The notes beneath the pieces were generated by a model. That model made no database searches and was not told the origin of the DNA. It saw only the letters and a program-made list of their open reading frames with translations. A program made the translations under genes and the position numbers. Shown piece by piece: positions 16,900 to 24,572 of a DNA stretch of 32,000 nucleotides. Source of the DNA: Microbacterium phage Mandalorian; the sequence record MZ005670.1; one strand, written 5' to 3'. Positions within the stretch are counted from its first letter, which is position 1, and each line of letters starts with the position of its first letter.

Positions 16900-17036
16900 G
16901 CTGCCTTGCCTCCCTCTTCGCGTGCCCGGTGGTTCCACCGAATGCTGAGCGGGCCGACCTCCGGTGCCAGCGTGACGACGCACGCCTGGCCGGGGGCTGC
17001 ACCACAGTACGAGCATTCGAACATGAGTGCTCTCAT
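16896..17036 (-). CDS. small zinc-finger-like protein
   Basis: MRALMFECSYCGAAPGQACVVTLAPEVGPLSIRWNHRAREEGGKAA; CxxCGAxPGxxC...H pattern; alternative start 17024. Confidence 0.6.
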   Translation of the reverse strand: MRALMFECSYCGAAPGQACVVTLAPEVGPLSIRWNHRAREEGGKAA

Positions 17037-18211
17037 TTCTTGCCCTTCGCTTTCTTCTGATTGGGGTAGTAGTCCAGGGGGTCCCTGGTGGTGACGTACC
17101 TGGTGCGCTGCTCGATCTCGCTGGTGCCGTGCATCAGGTCTGCGACCGTGAGGTCCTTGTAGTTGCACTTGAAGCTCGAGCACGCATACAGGTTACGTTC
17201 CACGCAGTCGGGGTCATCCCACTTGTAGGTTAGCAGCCTGCGGGCCGAAGTGACAAACGACTTCCGCTGGCGCTCGGCCTGCTCGGGGCTGAACACCAGC
17301 CGGTCACGGCGGAACTCGGTGCTGTAGTCCCTGTGCTGAAGCTCCACCAGGAACTCCTCCACGTAGACGCGCTCCTCGGCGTCTTCAATGGCGAGCAGGT
17401 CCTTGCCCCGGATGACAGTCATCATGCCGTTCTCGATGAGCCACTCACGGAACACAGGGTACGTCGTGCCGCTGGGCTTGAGCACGCGGCTGATCTTGCC
17501 CTTGGTGGTGAGCGTGGGGGTCTTGATGGCCCCAGTACGGCAGTAGTCGTAGATGAAGCCCTTGGGCTTGGGCAGGGGCTTGCCCTTGTACCGGAGCGCC
17601 TTGTACTCGGGAGCCGTCTCGCATGCCCAGAGGTAGGAATAGTGCTGGAAGGCCAGCTCACGATAGCGCCAGTCGGGAAGCTGCGCGTGCGTCTTGTGGT
17701 CGCCCAGCCACACATCGCCCTCGTCGTCGATCCAGATGATGTCGATGCGGCCCCGGTACAGCACCTTGCCACGGAACATCTCGCGCTCCACCGTCAGCTC
17801 CACGGCTACCGGCGTGAGCGTCTCGTGCAGCTTGGTCTCGTACAGCCAGTCATAGCTCAGGACGATGTTGTAGCACTCGTCGGCCAGCCCAGCGACCTCC
17901 TCCTCGAAGTGCTCGGTCTCGGCCTTGTGGGTCAGCTCCTTGTGCAGCTTGCGCCAGTCGCCACCCTTGCCACGCTCCTCCAGCAGCGCGTGGACCCAGG
18001 TGCCACGGGTGAGGGGCTTGGACTCGATGCGCGGCCGAAGCCCCAGGATGATGCCGTAGTAGGTCTCACGCGGGCACTCCACGAAGCTGCTGACCATGCT
18101 CTGGGTGATCACGAGCTTGCCGTCTTCGGTGGTGGGCCAGGTGCCCCGTGGCCCGTGCCACGCCTTGGACCCCGGCTTCTTGCCGGTGCTGGCCAGCTTC
18201 TTAGCGACCAT
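17033..18211 (-). CDS. Cas4/RecB-like PD-(D/E)XK exonuclease, probable Fe-S type
   Basis: 'VLYRGRIDIIWIDDEGDVWLGDHKTHAQ' nuclease motif; Cys residues at 'VECPR' and 'CVERNLYACSSFKC'. Confidence 0.75.
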   Translation of the reverse strand: MVAKKLASTGKKPGSKAWHGPRGTWPTTEDGKLVITQSMVSSFVECPRETYYGIILGLRPRIESKPLTRGTWVHALLEERGKGGDWRKLHKELTHKAETEHFEEEVAGLADECYNIVLSYDWLYETKLHETLTPVAVELTVEREMFRGKVLYRGRIDIIWIDDEGDVWLGDHKTHAQLPDWRYRELAFQHYSYLWACETAPEYKALRYKGKPLPKPKGFIYDYCRTGAIKTPTLTTKGKISRVLKPSGTTYPVFREWLIENGMMTVIRGKDLLAIEDAEERVYVEEFLVELQHRDYSTEFRRDRLVFSPEQAERQRKSFVTSARRLLTYKWDDPDCVERNLYACSSFKCNYKDLTVADLMHGTSEIEQRTRYVTTRDPLDYYPNQKKAKGKK

Positions 18212-18327
18212 CAGCAGCCACCAGCCCAGAGGATACCGAAGTAGGTGATGATGACCCCGCCGATGAAGCTGACGCCGATGGCAACCACGAACAAGCTGAA
18301 CAGCTTAGAACTCGGCAAGGGGTTCAC
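18211..18327 (-). CDS. small single-TM protein
   Basis: GTG start 18327, VNPLPSSKLFSLFVVAIGVSFIGGVIITYFGILWAGGC; overlaps the 3' end of the polymerase gene; start uncertain. Confidence 0.35.
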   Translation of the reverse strand: MNPLPSSKLFSLFVVAIGVSFIGGVIITYFGILWAGGC

Positions 18328-20206
18328 CTCCCCAGCATCGCGAGATGGTGACATCTGCCTTGAGGAAGAACTTTCGTGTGAGTGAGTCATCAGCCTGCTC
18401 CATTGTCTCCTTGACGATACGGCCAACCCTGCGAGCTGTCTTATATGGGGCTGTAAGACAGACCGAGTCATGAACCGTGGTGATAAGCTTAGCGCCTAGC
18501 TCCCGCAAGCGCAAGTCCCGACTTATTCGGGCCAGGCTGATAAGCATGAAGTCGCTGCCCGTGGACTGCACCGGGGAGTTGATGGCCTGCCGGAAGGCGT
18601 TCTCCTGGATCCAGTAGTCCTCGTGGTAGACGCGGGGCAGGTGCCTGAAGCGGCCGAACTCGTTGTGGACCCCACCGTACTCGATGGCCTCCTGGCGCTG
18701 CTTCCTGTACCACGGCTCCAGCGCTGCGAAGTTGGTGAAGTACTCCTCGCGGAAGACCTCGCTGTCCTTGGGGTTGATGGTGACCCCGTAGTTCTCGTAG
18801 ACGTAGTTCGCGAAGTGCTTAGCGCGCATGCCGTAGACGAACCCGAAGTTGACACCCTTGGCCAAGCTGCGGTCTTCCTTGCGCATCTCCCGGCCTCGGA
18901 TGAGCCGCTTCGCCATGTAGGTATGGATGTCCTCGTCAGCCTCGAACAGCTCAATCATGGTCGGCTCATTGGCCAGCCGCGCGATCACACGAAGCTCCAG
19001 CTGACTGAAGTCCGCCTCAATCCAGGCCAAGCCCCGTTCGCCGAACAGGTTACGTGTGGCCCGGTCACGGGGGATCTGCTGACTGTTCAGGCCAGGGTTC
19101 TTCCATGGGTCGCTGGCGTCCGCCTTCTTCTCGACCTTGGTAGGACTGGCGCTGCTCAGCCTGCCCGTAACCGTGCCTGTCAGCTTGAAGCTGGTGGGTA
19201 TCCGGCCGTCCCGCGTGCGCTCCATGATGGGGTTCAGGAAGCCGGTCAGGTTCTTGTACAGCGTGGCCCGCTGCGTCAGCAGGCGTGCAGCCGGATGGTC
19301 GATCTTGGCCAGGTTCTCCGCTGCCAGGCTGGGCACACCTTCCGGGAAGGTCTTGCTCGGCTTGCCCCGTGCCGGACACATAGCGCCCTGGTACTCGAAG
19401 AGCCACCACTTAGTCCAGTTGGTGTTGCCCCACTTGGGCGTCGTCTTCTGCAGCCAGTCGGGCCATCGGTCCTTGTCCGGGATGCTGGCATCCAGCTTCT
19501 GCTCAATGACGGCAATCTCCTGCTCCACCTTGTCCTGAGTCTTCTTGACCAGCCCAAGGCGCACGGGCAGCTTGTTGTCTTCCATCTCAGTGAGCGGCTG
19601 GATGGCCGGGATCATGATGTCCCGCATGACCCGCACAGGGTCAGCGCCGGAACCGGGCTTGATGCGCTTGATGGCACGGCGCTGCCACTTGACCAGCTCG
19701 CGAGTGTAGTGGACGTCCTTGCCGTTGTAGATGCTGACGCGCTTCTTGCTCTTGGCGAGCACCTTCTTGGGGATGGTCGGGTCGTCCTCGAAGCGACCGA
19801 ACTCGTCGGCGTAGCCTGCCACGTTGTCGTCTGCCCAGTCCGGGTAGTGCAGCAGTCGCACGACCAGGTCCTTGAGGCCGACAGGGTGGTTCTCGTCAAG
19901 CTGGTGGGCCATGAACATGGAGTCCCACCAGATGTTGACCCGCATGCCGTAGCTGCACATCCACCGGCGCTCGAAGGGCGAGTTGTGTGCGATCATGCGG
20001 CGGATGCGCACCTTGCGCAACTCCCGAAGGTCGCGGGGCCACCAGACGAGCACATCGTCCCGGTCCATGTGGCCGAAGCCCACGCACAGGATGCGGCCCT
20101 TGCCGACTGTCAGCGACGTGGTCTCGATGTCTACGACGACAGGTGCGCCGGACTGGTCGAGGAACGCCTGGACTTCGGCCAGGTCGTCACTGATGATGAG
20201 CTGCAT
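18305..20206 (-). CDS. polA: family A DNA polymerase with 3'-5' exonuclease domain
   Basis: 633 aa; 'VVVDIETTSL' exo motif, motif A 'IEADFSQLELRVIARLANEP', motif B 'RSLAKGVNFGFVYGM', motif C 'LITTVHDSVCL'. Confidence 0.92.
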   Translation of the reverse strand: MQLIISDDLAEVQAFLDQSGAPVVVDIETTSLTVGKGRILCVGFGHMDRDDVLVWWPRDLRELRKVRIRRMIAHNSPFERRWMCSYGMRVNIWWDSMFMAHQLDENHPVGLKDLVVRLLHYPDWADDNVAGYADEFGRFEDDPTIPKKVLAKSKKRVSIYNGKDVHYTRELVKWQRRAIKRIKPGSGADPVRVMRDIMIPAIQPLTEMEDNKLPVRLGLVKKTQDKVEQEIAVIEQKLDASIPDKDRWPDWLQKTTPKWGNTNWTKWWLFEYQGAMCPARGKPSKTFPEGVPSLAAENLAKIDHPAARLLTQRATLYKNLTGFLNPIMERTRDGRIPTSFKLTGTVTGRLSSASPTKVEKKADASDPWKNPGLNSQQIPRDRATRNLFGERGLAWIEADFSQLELRVIARLANEPTMIELFEADEDIHTYMAKRLIRGREMRKEDRSLAKGVNFGFVYGMRAKHFANYVYENYGVTINPKDSEVFREEYFTNFAALEPWYRKQRQEAIEYGGVHNEFGRFRHLPRVYHEDYWIQENAFRQAINSPVQSTGSDFMLISLARISRDLRLRELGAKLITTVHDSVCLTAPYKTARRVGRIVKETMEQADDSLTRKFFLKADVTISRCWGGEPLAEF

Positions 20207-20285
20207 GGTGGACTCCTAAGTTGAAGGAGTCGTTCAACGGAGACTAATCCGCCTGGTGGAAGCTTTACCTTCACTACCCAAGAAG

Positions 20286-20364
20286 TGGACCGCTCAGGAC
20301 TCGAACCTGAACCTGGAGTGCGCAATGCTTTTGCTCCAGCCGCTGCCTGTTGGGGTAGCGGTCC
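20286..20364 (-). tRNA. atypical tRNA-like gene
   Basis: 7-bp acceptor stem GGACCGC/GCGGTCC, perfect 5-bp T arm TCAGG-TTCGAGT-CCTGA, D-loop-like CAACAGGCAG; but no canonical 5-bp/7-nt anticodon arm. Confidence 0.5.
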
Positions 20365-20370
20365 AAGGGG

Positions 20371-20403
20371 GACCCCCGGTGCCGAGGGGTAGCACCGGGG
20401 GTC
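20371..20403. terminator. strong hairpin, terminator-like
   Basis: Perfect 11-bp stem GACCCCCGGTG / CACCGGGGGTC, 11-nt loop, immediately downstream (minus sense) of the 20411-20815 gene. Confidence 0.7.
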
Positions 20404-20410
20404 GTTGGGG

Positions 20411-20815
20411 TCAGCGCGTCGGGCGCTTGCGGGCTGCGGGCTTGGCAGCGGCCTTCGCCGGAGCCTTCGCCGGAGCCTTCTTCGCTGCGGTCTTCGCCGG
20501 AGCCTTGGTGGCCTTCGCGGGCTTGGCCGGTGCCTCGTCCTTGGCGACGCGCTCCAGCTCCCAGCCGGAGGGCAGGTCACCAGCGTTGGCGATGGCCTCG
20601 TCGACCAGCTCGTCGAAGGTGCCCTCCTCGATGGCGTTGACGAACGCCTGGTAGGCGATGGCTCGCATCACCTTGTAGCGGGCGTGCTGGACGTCGAGAC
20701 CCGCGCCGTCGAGGAAGCGGCTGATGCCCTCGTTGATGATCTGCTTCGGCGTCTGCTCGGCCTCGACCTCGTCGACGGTCTCTTCCAGAACGGCTGCCTT
20801 GGTGGAACGTGCCAT
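20411..20815 (-). CDS. hypothetical DNA-binding-like protein with histone-H1-like K/A/P tail
   Basis: 134 aa ending PAKPAKATKAPAKTAAKKAPAKAPAKAAAKPAARKRPTR. Confidence 0.65.
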   Translation of the reverse strand: MARSTKAAVLEETVDEVEAEQTPKQIINEGISRFLDGAGLDVQHARYKVMRAIAYQAFVNAIEEGTFDELVDEAIANAGDLPSGWELERVAKDEAPAKPAKATKAPAKTAAKKAPAKAPAKAAAKPAARKRPTR

Positions 20816-20878
20816 GATGCTCTCCTTGATGAGTTACTGCGGGTGGATTGTGGTGGGCTGTGTTGCCCTGGTAGAACC

Positions 20879-20907
20879 AGTATGCACGACATCGGGGGAG
20901 AACGCAA
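20879..20907 (-). promoter_or_regulatory. promoter-like element TTGCGT-N17-CATACT
   Basis: Family member with extended TG; upstream of 20815. Confidence 0.6.
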
Positions 20908-20910
20908 GTC

Positions 20911-22326
20911 CTAGGAGAAACTTTTTTGGCGGATCCTTTTCACGACCTTCTGGAGATGGTTGTGGTCGTCTTGCAGGGTGGTCCACACGTCCTCATCCAC
21001 AGTGCCACGGCCACACAAGAACCAGACCGTCGGGCTGGCTGGGGACAGCTTGATGCGGTCGCTGGCTTGCTTGAACGTGACGTAGTTGAAATCGCTGGTA
21101 TACCAGATGAGATCCTGCGCCACCGAGATGTCCACGGCCATCGCCACGGTCCGGGGCTGCACCAGCAGCACGCGGGCATCCGGGTCCGTCTGGAAGCGCT
21201 CGATGACCCGGTCCTTGTCTGGTGTGGCCCCAGTGATCACCAAGTGCCCGATGCCCTTGATCCGCATGTACCGGCGCACCAGCTTGATCTCCCAGAGATG
21301 CGTACAGGCGATGATGGTCTTGCCCTTGCAGCGACGGAGCACCCTGCCCAGTGCTGCCAGCCGTGCCCGTGCTGCTGCTGGCACCGTGAACGAGTCGCCC
21401 TCGTCGTCCTTGAGCCAGCCACCGACCAGCATGCGCATCCGGAGCAGGCGCGTCAGGGGGTTCAGGCCGATGGCTACCCGCGTGTCGTCCCGCTCCATCT
21501 TGGGGTCATGGACGTACTGCCTGTCCTTGAACGAGGCGACGCCCTTCTTGAGCAGCCACTTGTGAGCCTCGAGCACGTCGCTGGGCACGGTGTAGCGCAC
21601 GCGGCGCACCGGCACCGGCTGGCCAGGACCAACCATCGTCACGACGTTCGGCTGGATGTAGGCGTTCAGCTCGGCCTGTCTGCGCGGGCGCACCAGCTCG
21701 GGGAAGCCCTTGACGGTAGACCACTCGCCGAAGTATTCCCGGAAGTCCCGTGCGGTCTCCCAGCGATTGCGGATGGCCGGGTCCAGGAACGTCCACTGGC
21801 CGTAGACGGCGTCAATCTGGCTGGGGTTGGTAACCGGCGTGCCGGTCATCAGGAGACGGTACTTCCACTTGTGGGCCAGCGGCCGGATGCTGCGCCCCTG
21901 CACGCTGCTGGGCGTCTTGATGATGTGGGACTCGTCCAGCAGCATCATGCCCTCGTTGCTGCACAGCTTGGCCATCTTGTCCAAGAAGGGCTTCAGCCGC
22001 TTCCACGGTGCCGTATTGAACTGGTCGTAGTTCACGAACAGCAGCGTCGTACCCCGGAACATGGCCGGGGACGGGTACTCGTTACCTGCCGTCAGGGGGA
22101 AGAACCTGTAGGTGATGCCAAGCCACTTAGCCGCTTCGGTGCGCCAGGTGGCCTCAGCGATCTTCGGCCCCACGATCACGGCGACCTGGGGCTTGTGGTG
22201 CTCGATCCACTTGAGGGCGACGGCAGTCTTGCCCGAGCGCGGCTCTGCCCACAGGGCAGCGAAGGTGCGACCAGGTTCGGTCAGCACCTTCAAGGCTACC
22301 TGCTGCGACTCGCGTAGCTGCATCAC
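20911..22326 (-). CDS. SNF2/DEAD-like helicase
   Basis: 'WAEPRSGKTAVALKW' Walker A, 'LLDESHIIK' motif II, 'LLMTGTPVTNPSQID' motif III, C-terminal 'FKQASDRI'. Confidence 0.8.
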   Translation of the reverse strand: MMQLRESQQVALKVLTEPGRTFAALWAEPRSGKTAVALKWIEHHKPQVAVIVGPKIAEATWRTEAAKWLGITYRFFPLTAGNEYPSPAMFRGTTLLFVNYDQFNTAPWKRLKPFLDKMAKLCSNEGMMLLDESHIIKTPSSVQGRSIRPLAHKWKYRLLMTGTPVTNPSQIDAVYGQWTFLDPAIRNRWETARDFREYFGEWSTVKGFPELVRPRRQAELNAYIQPNVVTMVGPGQPVPVRRVRYTVPSDVLEAHKWLLKKGVASFKDRQYVHDPKMERDDTRVAIGLNPLTRLLRMRMLVGGWLKDDEGDSFTVPAAARARLAALGRVLRRCKGKTIIACTHLWEIKLVRRYMRIKGIGHLVITGATPDKDRVIERFQTDPDARVLLVQPRTVAMAVDISVAQDLIWYTSDFNYVTFKQASDRIKLSPASPTVWFLCGRGTVDEDVWTTLQDDHNHLQKVVKRIRQKSFS

Positions 22327-22484
22327 ACACGCCCCGTCGCGTGCCAGATGAGCACCGTGCGGATGTCCACCTGGTACAGCCTGGCCAGTGCAGCCATGTA
22401 GTTCCGGTTGATCTGGATCAGCTGGCGCTCCAGGGACGCCCTGAGCGCGGGGCTTACGGTGGCCAGCACCTTGTCCGGGTCCAT
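22323..22484 (-). CDS. small hypothetical protein (53 aa), not in the ORF track
   Basis: MDPDKVLATVSPALRASLERQLIQINRNYMAALARLYQVDIRTVLIWHATGRV; RBS AAGGAGA; 4-bp overlaps both sides fit the operon. Confidence 0.6.
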   Translation of the reverse strand: MDPDKVLATVSPALRASLERQLIQINRNYMAALARLYQVDIRTVLIWHATGRV

Positions 22485-22759
22485 CAGATCTCCTTCAGTT
22501 TCAGGGTAGCCACCACGCGGAACGAGATGGTGTTTCGTATGTAGTCGTCGCTGCTCTGCTGCTCAAACTCCCAGCAGTAGCCAGTAGGGGGATCGGGGAG
22601 CAGCCGCTCCAGCCGTGCGCGCTCCGCTGCCAGCTTGTCCGCGATGCCCTGGAAGACCCCGTTGGTGTGGCCGAACAGGTCTTCCTCGGTGACCACCAGG
22701 GTCTCGGACTTCTTGCTGAACGGGTACTTCACGAACGGAAGTGGCTGCTCCCCGAACAC
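22484..22759 (-). CDS. hypothetical protein (91 aa)
   Basis: GTG start; tight operon packing. Confidence 0.55.
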   Translation of the reverse strand: MFGEQPLPFVKYPFSKKSETLVVTEEDLFGHTNGVFQGIADKLAAERARLERLLPDPPTGYCWEFEQQSSDDYIRNTISFRVVATLKLKEI

Positions 22760-22761
22760 GG

Positions 22762-23193
22762 TTACACCTTGGCCAGATCCTGGTCGGCCACACCATGCGC
22801 CAGCAGCGCGCGGATGTTGGGGCGGAAGTAGTTCGGCCCCTTCTTGACCCGGCCTTCGAAGATGCCGTCGGGGTCGTTCGGGCCAGCGATGATGGGCTTG
22901 CCGTCCTCCCCGAACTTGGACATGTTGCTGCGGTGGACCTCGTCGAAGAGCACTTCAGCATCGATGCCCATGACCACCAGCCCGCCGAACGCCACGTACA
23001 GGATGTCGATCAGGGCGTCCGCCTGCTCCACCATGTCGTCGGTCTGCAGGGCCACCAGGAACTCCTCCAGCTCCTCCCGGATCAGCTCGTGGCGGACTGC
23101 CTTCTGGTCCTCGGGGACTGCCCGTGCCCGGTGCCCCACGGGAAGCTCCATGGCGCGCTGGAACTCCAGGACCTGCTGCTGCATCTTGTTCAT
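22762..23193 (-). CDS. MazG-like / all-alpha NTP pyrophosphohydrolase
   Basis: 'ELIREELEEFLVALQTDDMVEQADALIDILYVAFGGLVVMGIDAEVLFDEVHRSNMSKF' matches ExxEE..D..D...NM pattern. Confidence 0.75.
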   Translation of the reverse strand: MNKMQQQVLEFQRAMELPVGHRARAVPEDQKAVRHELIREELEEFLVALQTDDMVEQADALIDILYVAFGGLVVMGIDAEVLFDEVHRSNMSKFGEDGKPIIAGPNDPDGIFEGRVKKGPNYFRPNIRALLAHGVADQDLAKV

Positions 23194-23786
23194 CGGTTCT
23201 TCTTTCTGTCGGCGCGCACTACGCGGCGTTCTTTTTCAAACACTTCGGTCAAGTGGTCCACTTCGTCCCAGTTGACCAGGGTCACGTCCTCGGCGTCTTC
23301 CACCGAGAACGGGTTGAGCACTACCTGGATCGCTTCGGCGAACCCGCGTGCCTCGTTGGTGAGCGCCTCCTTGTCCTTCGGGCTGCGGCTCTTGTCGGCC
23401 GTTTCCATCAGCTCGTCGTAGGCGTTCATGAGCTTGCGCACCAGGTGCGCGCCCACGGTGTCCCCAGCCTTCAGCACGGAATTGAAGCGCACACGCTTGT
23501 CGGGTATGTGCTTGAACGCGCTGGTGGTCAGGAACCTGGCGATCTGCTCGCTGGTCTCCTGGCCTGCATCCAGCGCGGCCTCAATGCCGTCGGCGATGAC
23601 ATCCACCGTCGTGACCTTGCCCACGCGCATCTTCTCGCGGTCGTCGATCACGGCGAACAGGATGCCCCTGCCACTGAACGCCTTGGCCTCCTTGTGACAG
23701 TCGCAGTCGCAATGACGCCCGCTGCACATGGCATGGGAACCGGGGGACTCGAACGTGCAGAACCCTGAGTTCTTCATCCCGGGCAT
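23190..23786 (-). CDS. hypothetical protein with Cys/His cluster; start could alternatively be 23969
   Basis: ATG 23786 has RBS GAAGGAGG; CTFESPGSHAMCSGRHCDCDCHKE metal-binding-like N-terminus. Confidence 0.55.
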   Translation of the reverse strand: MPGMKNSGFCTFESPGSHAMCSGRHCDCDCHKEAKAFSGRGILFAVIDDREKMRVGKVTTVDVIADGIEAALDAGQETSEQIARFLTTSAFKHIPDKRVRFNSVLKAGDTVGAHLVRKLMNAYDELMETADKSRSPKDKEALTNEARGFAEAIQVVLNPFSVEDAEDVTLVNWDEVDHLTEVFEKERRVVRADRKKNR

Positions 23787-23946
23787 GGTTGCCTCCTTCG
23801 TGGTTTGCAGGATGAGGCCTTCATCCCAATACCGATCCAGCTCACGCGCGGCCTCCTTGCGTGTGGCCTTGGGGTACGGTCGCTTGGACCGCTGGAGAAG
23901 CACCCCCACTTTGAACAGGTGGTCGCTGTGGGGGTGCTGGCTGGCC

Positions 23947-24549
23947 TTAGCCGATGTGCTGGTCGGCATAGCGGAGCAGCTCCAGCAGCGACTCGTCGTC
24001 GTGGACGAGCTTCTCGTACTGCGTACCCCACGGGAACCCCGGCGCGCTGAAGACGACGAGCCGCTGGGTGAACTCGCCCGTCTCCTGATTGTGGTGTACC
24101 TCCATGACCGAGATGGTCTTGAACAGGCTGAAGTCGCGCATCTGGTTCATGGCGGCGAGCCAGTCCGTGAAGTGGTAGTACGTCTGCGTGACCGTGTCCA
24201 GGTTCCCGGACTGGTAGCCCTCGCCGACGGCCTCCACCTTGGCTGCAAGCTGGCCCTCGCCGGTCAGCCGGTGGGTCTTGAGGACCAGGTGGGTGTCCGG
24301 CATGGCGAAGACCGTGCGCACGCGGTCGTCGTTCCACTCGAACCCCGGCAGGCTGAGCCGGTAGACCATGTGCGTCAGCCAGTCAATCCGGTCGAAGGTG
24401 ATGACCGCGTCGGGGAACTCAGCGACGTCGGCCTGGGCCTGCGCGTAGTTATCCTTGTTCGCGTTGTAGATCGTCCCTGCCGACCAGGCCAGGTTCTGGG
24501 CTGACGTGCTCTTGCCGGTCTCGTCCGGTCCTTCGAATGCGATAAGCAT
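23947..24549 (-). CDS. P-loop dNMP kinase (thymidylate-kinase-like)
   Basis: ATG 24549 with AAGGAGA; 'MLIAFEGPDETGKST' and 'ITFDRIDWLTHMVYRL..'. Confidence 0.8.
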   Translation of the reverse strand: MLIAFEGPDETGKSTSAQNLAWSAGTIYNANKDNYAQAQADVAEFPDAVITFDRIDWLTHMVYRLSLPGFEWNDDRVRTVFAMPDTHLVLKTHRLTGEGQLAAKVEAVGEGYQSGNLDTVTQTYYHFTDWLAAMNQMRDFSLFKTISVMEVHHNQETGEFTQRLVVFSAPGFPWGTQYEKLVHDDESLLELLRYADQHIG

Positions 24550-24572
24550 GTGCTCTCCTTGATTGTGTTGGG

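Noticed and set aside
18623-20224. 533-aa plus-strand ORF
   Set aside because: Antisense of the clear family A DNA polymerase.
20926-22317. 463-aa plus-strand ORF
   Set aside because: Antisense of the helicase gene; shadow ORF.
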